64,000 nucleotides of DNA from Eledone cirrhosa (GCA_964016885.1 OZ024742.1:231942001-232006000); one strand, 5' to 3'; positions 40,000 to 59,259 are shown, counted from the stretch's first letter. Notes: generated by a model from the sequence alone, not told the origin. Numbers and translations: made by a program.

Positions 40000-41055
40000 C
40001 CGTAGTTTGTTGTACTCTTCCTATGTAGATTCGTCAACCATGATCAATGATCTTGGATCAAAGTCACAGAGATACACATTGCAAAGTTTTCTGGCTCTTG
40101 AAAAGCCACATAAGCTTGACCATCAGAAAATATCTGATTTCCTAAATCAGCAATTATTCCATCCACAGAAATTCCTTGTGATTTGTGAATTGTTAAGCAA
40201 TTTGTGATTTGTAAGCAAGAGACAATGGAAATTGTGTTCTGGTGACAAAAACACCAGGAGAAATTTCAGTCTGTATGAACTCTTCCAATGGAAATGGGTT
40301 TGTCCTTTTTGGTATCAAAAGACACCAAAATTTTGTCAACATTGCTTCCATTCCCAATTAATTCAATAATTGTTCCAATAACACCATTGCATAAGCCTTG
40401 ATCTACATCAATGTTTCGTTTCAACATCACTCTTGCTCCAATTCCAACATTTAGCAAAGTTTCTGGTCCAGCAGTATCAGAAGTTTTCTTGTTTTTGCCT
40501 TTTTCAACATTTTTCTTTTTTCTTCCATTTACTTGTCTCATACCAGAATCTTTTGCAGCAAGTTTCACTGCATTTATGTTGCATTTTTTAATCATTTCAT
40601 TATTCAACTTATCAACAGCTTCATTCAAAGGTAAAATGCATACAAATTTTAATTCAGGAATAGAATACAATTCAATCAATTTTTTAGCAACTTCTTCAAC
40701 AGATGCTTTTCTATCAGGAAATAGGCATCTTTTTTGAAGAATGCTAATATCAGAGTCTGATGGGGAACCAATCCTAATTCTTCCCAAAATATCAACATAG
40801 TTGTCTTTGTCTTCTATTTGTCTCATATTAATGGTTAGCTCATCATATTGAAAGTATTTCCACAATGAATGCCCACTAATGCCAATTTCTGTTCTTTTGG
40901 CATCATATGATGAAATTCTAGAAAATACTGGTTTTTCATTTACAGGTGGCAATTGCATCAAATCACCAAACAAAAGAAAATTCATTTTTCCAAAAGGATA
41001 TGCCATTTTTCGGGGATCTCCAAAAATTTCATGAAGCCTTTTGTGAATAACTATA
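40000..41055 (-). pseudogene. PIF1-family (SF1B) helicase C-terminal half, frameshifted
   Basis: PFG...GDLMQLPPV, LTINMRQ, RIRIG, GARVMLKRNIDVDQGLCNG, RTQFPLSLAY, TIHKSQG, GQAYVA.RAR. Confidence 0.9.
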
Positions 41056-41776
41056 ATTAAGGGAAACTACTTAGCGTTACTCCTCATCTGATTTCGTCAC
41101 TTAAAGTCACACAACTCGATTTCTATGCACCAATCTTTTCAATATTGACAAATTTCGATTCAGCTTATCGAGTTCTATCTACTGAGATAGGTAGCATGAA
41201 ATTATATTCGAAATTTAAAAAGTTATGATGAGTCAAAGTCAATGAGGGGCCTTATCCTCCACTACTTGACCACACATATTTTAGCGTAACTTTTTTTCTA
41301 CTGACCCAAATTTCAATTTCCTTATACCAAAATGTATCCTGGGATAAGTCCATTCTAGTGCAAAACACCTGATCAAATTTGGTTGAGAACTGAATTAGTA
41401 ACAAGACCTAGAAGTGGCTGTCGTTGGGAAAAAGTTGACCTTAAGAATATTATTCACACACTACCGTGTGTGAATGATATGTGTGTGTACACATATATAT
41501 GTATGTATTATTATTATATATATATATGCGTGCGTATGTGACAGCTCACACCTATGCAGGTTTAGCTGGCCTCCTCCAAGGTATATTTCGTTGGAGGTGT
41601 CTTGGTTGATGTAATTATCTACAGCTGAGTAAACTGGAGCAACGTGAACTAAAGTGTCTTGCTCAAGGAAACAACACATCACCCGATCCGAGAATTGAAC
41701 TTACAACTTTTCGATTGCAAACCCAATGCTGTAACCACTAAGCCATGCGCCTTCACTATATTACAACAACATATAG

Positions 41777-43682
<1,906 letters not shown>

Positions 43683-43686
<4 letters not shown>

Positions 43687-46070
43687 TCGGTGTGAATTTG
43701 AAGGCCTAGAAAGGTAAAGTTGCTTTAGATGGAATTTGTATATTTATACGATCAGTTGTCTAAGAAGTTTCTTGGGTATAAGCGGCAGTTTTGTAAAATT
43801 ACCCAAACATCTGTCCCTGCCACGTGGAAGAATATAGCGGGGTAGGTCCACCCGAATATATGCAGTGCAGCTTCCTGGAGGGAAAACAAAGGGTGGATGA
43901 TGGTGTTGTCCCAAGTTGTTTAATGGTAAGTCCACCGCCAGTAAGTCAGGCCAGGGTGTGGTGTTGAGAGCATCAGGTGTTATGGTGGTTATGTGGTTGT
44001 TGGGGTCCATCTATAGAAAGATTGTTGTAGTCTATGGCCGCAATTGATGACAGTTTCAGCCCGACTATTTATGAGGTCCTGGAGTACTTGCAGAGTTGGC
44101 AGCTTTTTTTAAAATTGTATGGTGTTGCTTGGTTCACAATTTCCCAATGAGTGGTGAAACTAATGCTAGAGTCATTTAACTGGGTGATATAATTCGCGAG
44201 GGAGGTAGAGTATCTAAGCTTCCTATTCCTAAAAGAGTGGAGATGTGCTCGAAATCTGGTCTTGAACGCCCCATGGGTAGCACTATTAGGACTAGTAACC
44301 GTACATGTATAGATAACGTTTTTAGTCAGGCAATAGCCTCGGAGTGGACAGTTTACGGGATTACGATAATTGCAATGTTTATTACGGTCACCTCTATCGT
44401 GGTGAGTGTTGGTATTAATCGTAATATTATTATTGTCACCATCACCATAGCTACTATTATTGTAGTTGACATTATTATAGCTACAAACACGCGAAGTGGT
44501 GCTGTGCCCACCTCTCATGTTATAGCGTCTTCTACAGCCGTTGTTAGAGCTGTTAAGGTTACTAACCCTGTCGTCTGTCTCACACTGGTGCAACAGTTAG
44601 TTTCTAATGTGGTGCTATTGTGTAAACCGCTGATAATACTAAGATACCTATCCTGGTTACTACCACCGTTATCATGCGGGGCGAGAGAATTTCTAAGGTT
44701 AACTGAGTTGTCATATTCCCTAAAATTCTCATTACTAGGATGCTGTATACTAGTGAGCTTTTTGTGGTTACTTATTGCTATGAGGTCAGCTAGATTAGGT
44801 GTAGTAGAATAGGAAATGTTTACGTTATTCTTATTGAGAATTTTTCTGTATCTGTGGTTAGGTGGAAAGTTCTTCACTAAGGCGTCGAAAAAGATTCTGG
44901 GTAAATTGGAGGCCACACTCCGAGAGTAGGGGGGATGGAACTATAGGACATTACGGTGGCGGTTACGCGTAGTTCTGGGGTTACTATGGGCGTTATTGCC
45001 AAGGTGGGTGTCCCTATCAGGGCTATAAGGCTGCTGTATAATGCGTGCTCTATTGGCATTATGTCTGAGTGCACGGACAGTCCCAGTGCGGCGGTTCAGA
45101 GTTACCCTAGGTGGGTTAGAAAGTATAGGTAATAAACCATTACCTTTATTAAACCTGTAAGCGGGGAATAATTCAAGTAGGCTGCAGTTACTACTATTAG
45201 CCGGACTATGAGGGTGTGGGTATGGTAATACACTCGTCCCGCTAGCCTTATGGTTATGATGCGGGCCGTAGCTAGTGGCACTATTATCTCTTCTAATACC
45301 TTTTACGATAGTTGGGCCGCTGTGGCGTTGGTTATAGGTATGGCTCGCTATAACACTGGTCCTACATGATGGGAGGGTCTTTATAGAGCCTGCATCGTGG
45401 AGGTATGAAATTTTGCTGCTATAACCTGAATCAGCCAATGCCTTGTTATAATAATCAGCAGTTTGGTTGAAGAGGTCTTCATTAGCAGAAAGTCTCGAGA
45501 TTCTATGTGAGATGCTATACACAATAGAGTTGAGCGTAGATTTAGGGTGGTTAGAAGCATAATTGATGTAAGATAGAACCTCACCTGGCTTATGGTAAGT
45601 CGGTACCTAATTCTAAAGTAATATCTAAGAAGTTAACTATATTATGGTTGTGGTCAATTGTTACAGAGAGGCCGTACGATTTAAAGAACTTGAGTATAAG
45701 TTTATTAAGGTTTTCTATCCTACGGAGGCTATGGTTCCTTATGGTAAATAGGGCATCATCCCTATATACACCTCTTGTAGTACAGGGATCTCGTCTCTAA
45801 GTCTGTGCAGGAGGTAAATTCCGACCAGGTCACTTGCCAGCGCCGAGTCACTTGACCCCATCGTGATGTCAAAGTTATCAGGACGGTTGGTTCTGGTCCA
45901 GTAGGAACCCTCGAAATGAATAATAGTTCTTCGCGCTGCAAGCACTATATCTATTTCTTTTTTAGTTAAACTAGTGTTAGATCTAGCTAAGATGAGGGCC
46001 TTATTTAAGAGTATGGGGGAAATAGAAGCATAGTAGTTGTCTATGTCGAACTGGATAAATTGCAGAGATG

Positions 46071-46073
<3 letters not shown>
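43683..46073 (-). mobile_element. Decayed 5'-truncated Naiad-type PLE
   Basis: FIQFDIDNYY, FDITMGSSDSALASDLVG, ISHRISRLS, NISYSTTPN, CPLRGYCL..VIY, FKTRFRAH; frameshifts; (TA)n flanks. Confidence 0.85.
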
Positions 46074-46100
<27 letters not shown>

Positions 46101-46104
<4 letters not shown>

Positions 46105-46588
46105 GATAACAAAATATCGTTATAGGTAATCCAATTAGAGGTTGTGAATACTTATTATTATGGATAGTTTTAGCGTACGGCGTTGCTTAACTCAACAAGA
46201 GGTTTACGTAGATGACGAGTTTATGATTTCACTTGTATTCCTATGTAAGTTTATCCTGGAGTAATAAGATTGAAAAAGTGGAGAATAACATGGTCAACAG
46301 TACAAAAAAGAGGATTTATTTGCAGTCTAACAATTATTTCACTGATAGAGTTGTCTAAAAATTGGTGAACACTAAAAGCAGTGCCACTCATTTTAAATAC
46401 GATGTTAGCTCTATTAGATCTTCAGAAACTGTTTCTGAAGATCTAATAGAGCTAACATCGTATTTAAAATGAGTGGCACTGCTTTTAGTGTTCACCAATT
46501 TTTAGACAACTCTATCAGTGAAATAATTGTTAGACTGCAAATAAATCCTCTTTTTTGTACTGTTGACCATGTTATTCTCCACTTTTTC

Positions 46589-46592
<4 letters not shown>
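46101..46592. repeat. Fold-back insert (arms about 46268-46430 / 46431-46592) with a hammerhead motif in each arm
   Basis: 46431-46536: gttt-CTGAAGA-..atagag...ctctat..-GAAA-taattg-TT-agac then aataaa. Confidence 0.65.
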
Positions 46593-46627
<35 letters not shown>

Positions 46628-46632
<5 letters not shown>

Positions 46633-47698
46633 GACATCCACCACAAACCGTGCCAGAAAGAACAGAGGACACCACACCCGAGGCACTAACACTTGCTTCC
46701 TGAAGCTCCCACACTTCAGTGACGAAACAACAACAGCCATCCGCAGAGCTATCAGACGAGAGGGACTAGATATCCAACTGGCCCACTCAGGACCTTCTCT
46801 ACGCGGACAGCTAACCAAAAGACACTTCACCAGACACGACAACCGCTGCAGGCTAGCCAACTGCCCCATCAACGACACAGACCTATGCCACCAGGCTTAC
46901 GTCGTATACAGACTAGAGTGCGACAAATGCAGCAACTTCTATGTAGGTAGCACCACCAGACCACTCCACATAAGAATAAAAGAACACCTCAATACTAACG
47001 CTTCCTCATTTAAGAAACACATAGTGAAATGCAAAAATACCGACAAAACCATAACAGTTAGCATAGAAACTAAGGAAAGAAACCTCGGCAATCTTAGAAT
47101 TAAGGAGGCACTAATTATAGACAAAACACAACCACCAATCAATAATAGACTAGACTCAACACCCAATTTATAACTTGATAGAGCATCTAGCCCCATACTT
47201 ACACTCTCCTCCCACACACACGCACGCACACACACACGCTTACACCTCCACTTGTTCTCTCTCACACACAGATACACACACAAAGACCAGTTCTAACACG
47301 AGAGAACATCTATCCTCCACATTTACGTATAGACATATCTTCTCACACTCACACGCACACACATACTTACACATTCACGCATTCTCCCACACACTTAAAC
47401 AGACATGTACAAAGAAAACCCTTTTAAAGGGAGACTACTCTTTATCCACCTAACCTTAACTCTTTGACATTAGAGATAGAACAGATACTCTATACCATTT
47501 CCTGTCAGCATGACTTGGCAAGCTATTTAGAACACTGGTTTAACCGCTTTACTTCCCTCCGAAGAAGAGATATTATCTCGAAAATTAAGGACATTTAAAT
47601 AAATCTAAGGTAAAAGACTAATTGTCAACAATATCTTTTGCATTTGCATTTTTTATTCTATGTCCATACCTGCATTGTTTGGCTTTACAAATTCAAAC

Positions 47699-47700
<2 letters not shown>
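46628..47700 (+). mobile_element. Penelope/Poseidon-type 3' fragment: GIY-YIG domain (to 47173), 3' UTR and hammerhead
   Basis: LKLPHFS, C..C, VVYRLECDKC..FYVGST.RPL..RIKEH, LRIKEALII...PPINN. Hammerhead variant 47554-47591: cct-CCGAAGA-agagatattatctc-GAAA-at-TA-agg. Confidence 0.85.
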
Positions 47701-47796
<96 letters not shown>

Positions 47797-47946
47797 GTGT
47801 GTGTGTGTGTGTATATATATGTATATATATACACACATATATATATGTGTGTGTGTGTGAGTGTGTGTATGTGTGTGTATGTATAAAATACAGATATAAA
47901 TATATATGTATATATATATATATATGTGTGTATATATATATATATA

Positions 47947-48035
<89 letters not shown>

Positions 48036-48045
48036 GTATATATTC

Positions 48046-48954
<909 letters not shown>

Positions 48955-49179
48955 GTTCGTGTGGCTGAGCGGTTAGACAATTCGATTCGCAGTCATGAGG
49001 TTGTGTTCGATTCCCAGACTGGGCGATGCGTTATGTCCTTGAGCAAGACATTTTATTTCACGTTTCTCCTTCTACCAAGAGTTGCGAGCGATAGATAGTA
49101 TTAGCAATTGGAAAGACCAATGGAAACATTGTTTCCTCGGTCCGATTTGACGAAAGTCGATCGTTCCTTTATATATATA

Positions 49180-50352
49180 CTAGCAGCAGTACCCAGCGTT
49201 GCCTGGGTAGGTAAAATAATATCTGCTCTGATGAAAAGATGTTGATCTTAGCGACTGCTTCTCGATGACTCATCCATGGCCACACACAGGCCATGCGGGG
49301 GAGGGTGGTGATGACCTCTATCACTGAGAAACGCGGGTGACTGACGAAGGGGCATGTTGTGGAGGGAGGTAATGACCTCTAACACTAAGCCAAATTTCCT
49401 CACGCTACTTGATTGGAAACCGATGAATACACAACTAACGACGTCAGTGGCCATCGTTTTGCCTTTGACCATCTATAAGATGTGCAATGATACGTTCTAT
49501 CGTAGTATAAAAGTTGAACCAAATAAATTTATTTAAGTGTGAGGTGGAGTCGAAGTTTCGAATTTGAACGAAATCGGTTGAAAAATGTGGGAGCTAATGA
49601 TAGGTCGCCGTCCCTGAACAAAAAATGCAAAGTGTAAAGCTACTATAAGATGTGTAATGATAGGTTCTATCGTAGTATAAAAGTTGAACCAAATAAATTG
49701 ATTTATCTGTGAAGTGGAGCCGAAGTTTTGGATTTGAACGAAATCGGTTGAAAAATGTGGGAGCTAGAGCTGAAAAGGCGGAAATTTGAGCGAAAAGGTG
49801 GTATTTTCGAATATTTAAGCGGCTGCCACGCCGTTCCTGAACAAAAAATCAAAAATGTAAAACCACTCTAAGACGTGAAATAATCAGATCTAGCGTAGTG
49901 TAAAATTTGAACAAAGTAGGTTGATTAATGTGGGAGCTAGAGCCGAAAAAGTGGAAATTTGAGTCTAAAGTGGTATTTTTGAATATTTAAGCGGCTGCCA
50001 CGCCGTCCCTGAACAACAAATGCAAAATATAAAGCCATTACAGGAAATGCAATAATAAATTCTATTTTGCTTTAAAATTTGAACGAAATCGGTGGCAAAA
50101 TGTGGGAGCTAGAGCCAAAAATCTTATTTTTCGATACCTAAAAAAAAGGTGACACCCTATCAATTTTTATCTGCAGAATGACCCCGGAATAAAAAAAAAA
50201 CGATACGCTGATATATAGGAAACACTCCCGGATGACTAATCTATGAGCCTGTAAAGTTTCATGAAAATCGGTCGTAAGATGTAGGCCCCTATAGGTAATA
50301 CACAGACAAAAAGACACACACACATACATACTTAATTTTATATATATACAGA
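49180..50352 (-). mobile_element. Non-autonomous Helitron with internal tandem repeats
   Basis: Minus strand A|TC..tatatataaaa start; 3' hairpin acccaggcaacgctgggt then CTAG|T. Confidence 0.75.
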
Positions 50353-50599
50353 TATATAGAAGTAGTTCCGCAACAGTTAGTTCACGGTGTTACGTCAACG
50401 GAAAGTTAAATGGATAAAAATTACATGGACAAAAATAATGAAATAAATAACACATGCTGTTTCCATTCAGTAATATGATATGGGGGGGTTATTGATGTTG
50501 TTTCCTCTAAGCCTGGAACACAAACATACATCTATACTTCGTCGACTGCTCTACACTGCGTACATTAGTATCAGTTGATTAAGTATAATAAAATATATC

Positions 50600-50783
50600 T
50601 GTTTCTACTTTTGGCACAAGACCAGCAATTATCCCAGTGTATTACTGGTACTTTATTTTATCGACCCCGTAAGGATGAAAGGCAAAGTTAACCTCGGCGG
50701 GATTTGAACTCAGACCATAAAGGGCCGTAACTCTTTGCTGCAAAGCATGGCGTCCGACCCTCTACCGATACTGCCAATCTACC
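50600..50783 (-). mobile_element. SINE copy
   Basis: Full reverse-complement match to the SINE family. Confidence 0.85.
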
Positions 50784-50813
50784 TTTAGTACCTTAAGTAT
50801 AAAATATATCAAG

Positions 50814-50854
<41 letters not shown>

Positions 50855-51306
50855 ATTTATTTATTCAATATAGAAATGACTTCTACATGACTAGAACTGT
50901 TTCATTCGTATGAAATCACCTGGATATGTAGAATTCACGTAAAATAGAAATATAGCTTCTCTACTAATGTATTGAATGCCTAATTTAAATGTTTCTTTCC
51001 GACCTCCTTCGGAAAACCACTCTTCATTATGTACACACATAAATGAAAAAAATATCGTTTATTACAAAAACTATATAAAAAAGGAACGAAGTAGGCGGAG
51101 ATGTTAAAACAGCTCAAAGTACGGTAATTTATTATCATAACCAGTACAAACCGCTATGTTTCATACTTCCCTGAAAGAATTAACAAACAAACATGTGTAC
51201 AAAATCCTATTGTTTTAAAAATAATAATTACACATGAAGCAAATTATTCATTAAAGTAATTACCAAATACGGTTTTACATTAAATATTGATTTCATCCCT
51301 TATGCA

Positions 51307-51382
<76 letters not shown>

Positions 51383-51396
51383 ATGCTGTTTTGGAC

Positions 51397-51444
<48 letters not shown>

Positions 51445-51641
51445 AATGGCTTCTACAGGACTAGAACTATTTCATTCGGGAATATATATATATATATAAT
51501 AAAAAGGACGATTTGTTATGTCTTCATTGCGTTTATTGAGTAGTGACGTGGGTTTCGCTATTGATCAGCTCAATACCGCCTGGAAACTATGCATCAAGTG
51601 CTTACTCTGGTGAACCTACAACAGTAACTGGACGTTACATT

Positions 51642-51676
<35 letters not shown>

Positions 51677-51879
51677 CAAGTGGAAGATAAGTAAAATCGA
51701 AGCTTTGGCTGTGGGCAAGCAAAGTCGACCTACAATAGGAATGAGTTAGCAAAGCACTCAATAAGGGTAGGTCCTTAGAGTAATAACATATGTTTAAGTA
51801 GCTTGACAAATTGAACATTGCGGTAGGCAAACCCTAACCACACAATACCAAAGTAACGAAAAAAACTAACCGGTTAAAA

Positions 51880-52607
<728 letters not shown>

Positions 52608-52662
52608 ATAATATATATATATATACAAAGTGTTAAAACGATCAAATTTTAGTTTAGAACAT

Positions 52663-52717
52663 TTATTAGCTGACAATTGTTTCTTCCAGAGGGAAGTCTG
52701 GAATCATCGGAGCATAA
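52663..52717 (-). ncRNA. Hammerhead variant in inverted pLTR
   Basis: tatgct-CCGATGA-ttccaga cttccc tctggaa-GAAA-caattg-TC-agc. Confidence 0.72.
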
Positions 52718-55700
52718 AGAATGTCGAAAACGTGTAACTAGAATCCTAGTCATTTAGAACATTTAGGGTACATAGTTGGTATTAGTGTCAAAGGCATCAT
52801 GTGGAGATTCAGGAGTTACAAAGATGTTCCACTTGAAATAACACAATTACAGGCAGCATTGGTTGGAAGTGTAATAGGTATAAGTAAAAGTAAAAAGCAC
52901 AAGCAAAAGAATCACAAGCAAATAAAAAAAAAACACAAGAAAAAAAATATAGGGAAGTTATAAGCAAGGACAATAGGTGTACAATGCAGGAGTCAATACA
53001 GTCAATGAGGCATGTATGAGGAAAGAGTTATACTGCAGTTGAAATAAACATATTTATTAAAGACTATCTTCCTTTGTCGCTAAAGAACATACCCATTCCA
53101 TCTAGGGATACATACGAAAAACTATTGATAAATAGTGTCAACTCTTTTATCAAAAGAGTTAGATGGAAGGCATTCCACTACGATAAGAACCGAGCTGCGA
53201 AAAAACAAGATGCACCTTCGCTTGAAACATACGGCTTCAAAACTTATAAAAGCCCTCCACACAGTATCTTACTGGACTCATTTGAAACGACCTTGTGGCA
53301 CTTGTTAAAAGGATTAAGTACAAGAAATACTACAATAAGAAGAATGACTTCCTAAATGACCTAAATTCCACCATGAAAACTTTAATAAGAATAAGAATAT
53401 ATTAGTACTAGCTGATAAAACTAAAAACATATATAGCCTTGATTACGATACATATAGAGAATTTATATATAAAGAACTTTATAGGAACTACAAAAAAACA
53501 TCGCATAAAAAACTGGATGACATAAATATTGAAGCCCGCAGTTTAATATCTAAAGACTAGAGAGATATACTCAACCCACGATTCTCTCTGAAAGACCATA
53601 AGGACGACTTCAATACTAACCCCTCAATTAGACTTATCTGCCCATCTAGATCCAATATTGATATCATTAGTAAAAAAAAATCTTAGATAAGGTAATCCCC
53701 CAAATTAAACAAAAAATCCATTTTAACCTCTGGGGAAACACTAGTGAAGTAATCGAATGGTTTAATGGTATTAATGAAAATAATAAGAAATTCATCCAAT
53801 TTGATATAAACTCCTACTACACTTCTATCTCACCTATCCTCCTAAATAAAGCATTAATAATAGCCATGAACAATAGTGAACTCACTAGATCCCAGGTAGA
53901 TATAATCCTAGCGGCCAGGAAAACAATAATTAAATTTGAAGACCAATTATGGACCCGCAAGAATACACCCAACAACTTCGATATCACCATGGGATCTAGT
54001 GACTCGGCACAGGTAACCGACTTAGTCGGCCTATTTTTCTTAAATGAAATACACAAGAACCTACCTTACCTCAACGGTGGTCTCTATCGAGACGACGCAC
54101 TCTTCCTCTTAGACTATAAAAAGTTCAATATAGAAAGAACTAGAAAACAATTACATAAAATATTTAAAAACTATAACCTAGGTATCACTTTAGATAAAAA
54201 CACCAAAAATGTTAACTTCCTGGATGTCACTCTCTACTTAGACTCTAAAAAATACACACCTTACCATAAACCTAATAAAAAACTTTTCTATGTTAATACC
54301 AACTCTAACCACCCTAAATCTGTACTGACCTCAATCATTAAAGGGGTATCCAATAGAATCTCTAGCCTTTCTTACAACGAGAATACATTTAATCATAACT
54401 CCCAATACTATAATGAAGCATTAGGCCGTTCCGGCCATAGAGATAAAATTAAATTTAAGCCTAAATCGTCAACCACCCATAGACAACCTAATATAATTTC
54501 ACATAACATGGCCATGAATAAAGGTAAATATGATCGTAGTATTGAACATCCAGACTCCTGTACAAAGGGCGCCATAAAAAAAGTTAAATCACACCACAGC
54601 AATAACCCTAAGAAACACCACAGAAAGAAAAATATAGATATAAAGAAACCTAACACCACACTAAACAGTAGTATGAATAACAACCATAGGAAGAATAGAA
54701 GAAGAAGTAGCACATTTTTTAACCCTCCGTTCAACTTAAATGTATCAACAAACATACCTAAAGCTTTATTCTCTACTCTAGACAAAAACTTCCCAACTAA
54801 CCATAAATACCACAACCTATTTAACAAAAACACAATTAAAATATCCTACTTCACCACACCTAACATAGCAGACCATATAGCCAGCATCAACAAGAGAAAG
54901 ATCGAAAAGTACTTCAAACTACACCAAAGTAATAATGTCCAGCATAGAAACAACCTGAACAACAACACAGTACAAGACCATACAAGACATACTAATAATA
55001 CAAATAGTAATAACACTCACCATAATCATAATACTAGAAGTAGAAACAGAAACAACCACTCAAATGCACACCCACTTAACCAGTATACTAGTAAACAAAA
55101 CAATTGTAACTGTAGGCCTATCAAGACATGTTCATTAAATAAGAACTGCCTAATTAAAGACATTGTCTACTCCGGTACTGTAACCGCCAATCACATCTGG
55201 AAAGTATATATAGGCTCTACTTGGAATAGCTTTAAGACCAGATATAATTCACACCTTCATTCGTTCAGAAACCCTAAACTTAGCAACGTAACCTCAATAT
55301 CCACATACATACACTCATTAAAATCAAGTAAGATACCATACACCTTAAAATGGGAAGTGATAGCTAAGGCCCCTTCATATAAACCACCTAACAAATTTGG
55401 AGTCTAAAAATATTATTCACTCTAACCTTAGCCTACTAAATACGAAATCAGAGATCTACGTGTCCGCATTACTATAGATTCTCGTTCCACTACTTCAAAC
55501 CTAGCAACTAATAATAATAAAAATAAAAATAAAGACCAATGTCGGAGATAACACTAGACCACCACCTTGTAATTTATCCAACTAGATCTTCATTTATCAA
55601 ACTAGACCTTTATCTAGCCAACTAGACCTTCATGAATATAGGACCACACCTTAATTAAAGGACCACACTGACCTACATACAGTCAATAAACACCTGTTTG

Positions 55701-55891
55701 ATCTATTACATTATACAATGAAAAGATTTAAATGACATAGACACCCTAATAAATTCTCAATATACAACACCAACTAAACAGCAGACAACTGTGTATATAA
55801 CTCCAATTACTCCAGTATATATTATGCAACTCACTATCCTGTCATAAAAAACTTCAACTATCTCTACACAACCAGTATGTTTGCATGTATA

Positions 55892-56051
<160 letters not shown>

Positions 56052-57252
56052 TTGGACAAAATAATGGAAACACCTAGCATCATAGCATCATAATTTTGAA
56101 ATATCTATAAAACCGTCAAAAGCTTCTTTATTTTTATTGTTTTCGAGGTGGTCATTAAGCTCTGCAGATATGTGTGTGTGTGTATATATATGTTTATACA
56201 TTGTCTCATATATGTATATGCCTTATATTATGCATGCATATACTAACTATGTAAAAACTATCTAGTTATAATAAACTAAATTTAAAAAACGTTCTTAACC
56301 CCTCCCCAACCACCCCCCACCACACACACACACACACACGTTTAAATGATAGCAATTATATAACCAAGAATATTTTATATTTTAAATTTTATATACTCTA
56401 TATAATTTATAACACTACCACATTATTATAACAACCCTTAATTTATCAACAACATTAATTACCTCCCTTTGTTATTAACTCCCTTTACAACTTCCTGTGT
56501 AAACTTATAAAATTAAGTAACCTAACGGTTTACCAATAGCATAATGACGGTTAATACAAACCCTAGAAAAGATAATTTACAGATAAAAAATTCATAAGAT
56601 AAAATACCTACAATAACAACATGGCCAGTAATTTGGAGGAATTTACATTTAACAAACAAACACCTATTGAATATAAACGACTCAAAATAATCCCATGGTT
56701 AATAGCTGTGAGTAACAAACAACACATGCACATAAATACGAACTACAACACAAAAACACTTAAATGAAAATCACATATCCAACTCTATCACGTGCTTTGC
56801 ATTACACCTTACATAACAAATACCTGCATTATCACCACATGCCTCTCTAACAAATTGCACACTATCTTAAACATTTATAACAAATACAACATACTTTAAC
56901 ACCCCACACAAAATATGTTTATTTCAACTGCAGTATAACTCTTTCCTCATACATGCCTTATTGACTGTATTGACTCCTGCATTGTACACCAATCGTCCTT
57001 GCTTATAACTTCTTTCCCTATGTTTTTTTTCTTGTGTTTTTTTTTTATTTGCTTGTGATTTTTTTGCTTGTGCTTTTTACTTTTACTTATACCTATTACA
57101 CTTCCAACCAGTGCGGCCTGTAATTGTGTTATTTCAAGCGGAACATCTTTGTAACTCCTGAATCTCCACATGATGCCTTTGACAATAATAACAACTATGT
57201 ACCCTAAATGTTCTATATGATTAGGATTCTAGTTAAACGTTTTCGACATTCC

Positions 57253-57307
57253 TTATGCTCCGATGATTCCAGACTTCCCTCTGGAATAAACAATTGTCAG
57301 CAAATAA
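57253..57307 (+). ncRNA. Hammerhead variant in 3' pLTR, core GAAA mutated to TAAA
   Basis: Same motif as 52663-52717 with a G12-to-U substitution. Confidence 0.6.
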
Positions 57308-57624
57308 ATGTTCTAAACTAAAATTTGATCGTTTTAACACTTTGTATCTCGGCTCTGTAAAACCCTTGAAAATTTGCATTGAGCCTTTTGTCATACCGGT
57401 AACCGGCTTGTACTTAGTACTACCCTACATATTTATAGTTATATTAAACATATATAAATACAGATATAAATATTACTATATATATATTAGAAAGTGAGGT
57501 TTTTTTTACAAAATGAAAAATAACCGAGGTGTCTTACACGAGTGAAAGTATAAAGAAAAAAAGATGAAATCGAAAATGCAACTGGAGTCTTATTTTTAAA
57601 AAATATATATATATTTATTTGGTT

Positions 57625-57663
57625 CCTTTACCGGTTTCGCAGTTCTTCTGCTTTTCAAAAGTA
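57625..57663 (-). ncRNA. Degenerate minimal hammerhead motif
   Basis: ctt-TTGAAAA-gcag aagaa ctgc-GAAA-ccgg-TA-aag then aataaa; two core mismatches. Confidence 0.45.
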
Positions 57664-57693
57664 GAGTTCAGATGGAGGGTGTGTGGTTTTTCT

Positions 57694-57752
<59 letters not shown>

Positions 57753-57805
57753 GGAAAAAATGAAACGAAATTTCATTTCTCACTCTTAGTACGGCTGTTA
57801 CTTAA

Positions 57806-58220
57806 ATATAAGTATGTATACGTACATACATATATGTATACAGACGTACAGTAGTATGTATATATATACATACATGCACACATATATATATATGTACGTA
57901 TGGATTCACCAAACATTTATTATAATGCTCGGTGTGCTTGTAAACAAACATCCCGAATTAAGCCGTACAGTGTTTACCAACCATCGTTACCCTTTTGTTC
58001 AACACTGACAAAGGAACGATGTCAGTGTTGAACAAAAGGGCAACGATGGTTGCTAAACACTGTACGGCTTAATTCGGGATGTTTGTTTACAAACACACCG
58101 AGCATTATAATAAATGTTCGGTGAATCCATACGTACATATATATATGTGTGCATGTATGTATATATACATACTACTGTACGTCTGTATACATATATGTAT
58201 GTACGTATACATACTTATAT
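57806..58220. repeat. Fold-back palindrome (~200-bp arms)
   Basis: Centre at about 58014 (cactgaca aaggaacga tgtcagtg). Confidence 0.85.
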
Positions 58221-58254
58221 ATATATATATATATATATAAGTACGTATACATAC

Positions 58255-58322
<68 letters not shown>

Positions 58323-58362
58323 AGGAAGTGTTAGTTCACTTGAAGCATTGTGTAATGAGGTA

Positions 58363-58999
<637 letters not shown>

Positions 59000-59053
59000 C
59001 GGTTTCAACACACGATTTCAGATAAAGAATCTTGCTAAACAAATTCAGAAACG

Positions 59054-59183
<130 letters not shown>

Positions 59184-59259
59184 ATATTTATATCTATATT
59201 TATATATGTTTGATATAACTATAAATATGTAGGGTAGTACTAAGTACAAGCCGGTTACC

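Larger units (their letters stand above)
37186..41055 (-). mobile_element. Helitron 3' portion: PIF1 helicase + USP-like peptidase, ending in hairpin-CTAG
   Basis: Minus-strand end atgcg cc cgcat-ttttcggt-CTAG|T at 37186; helicase and peptidase frames upstream; internal ~35-40-bp tandem repeats at about 38700-38965. Confidence 0.75.
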
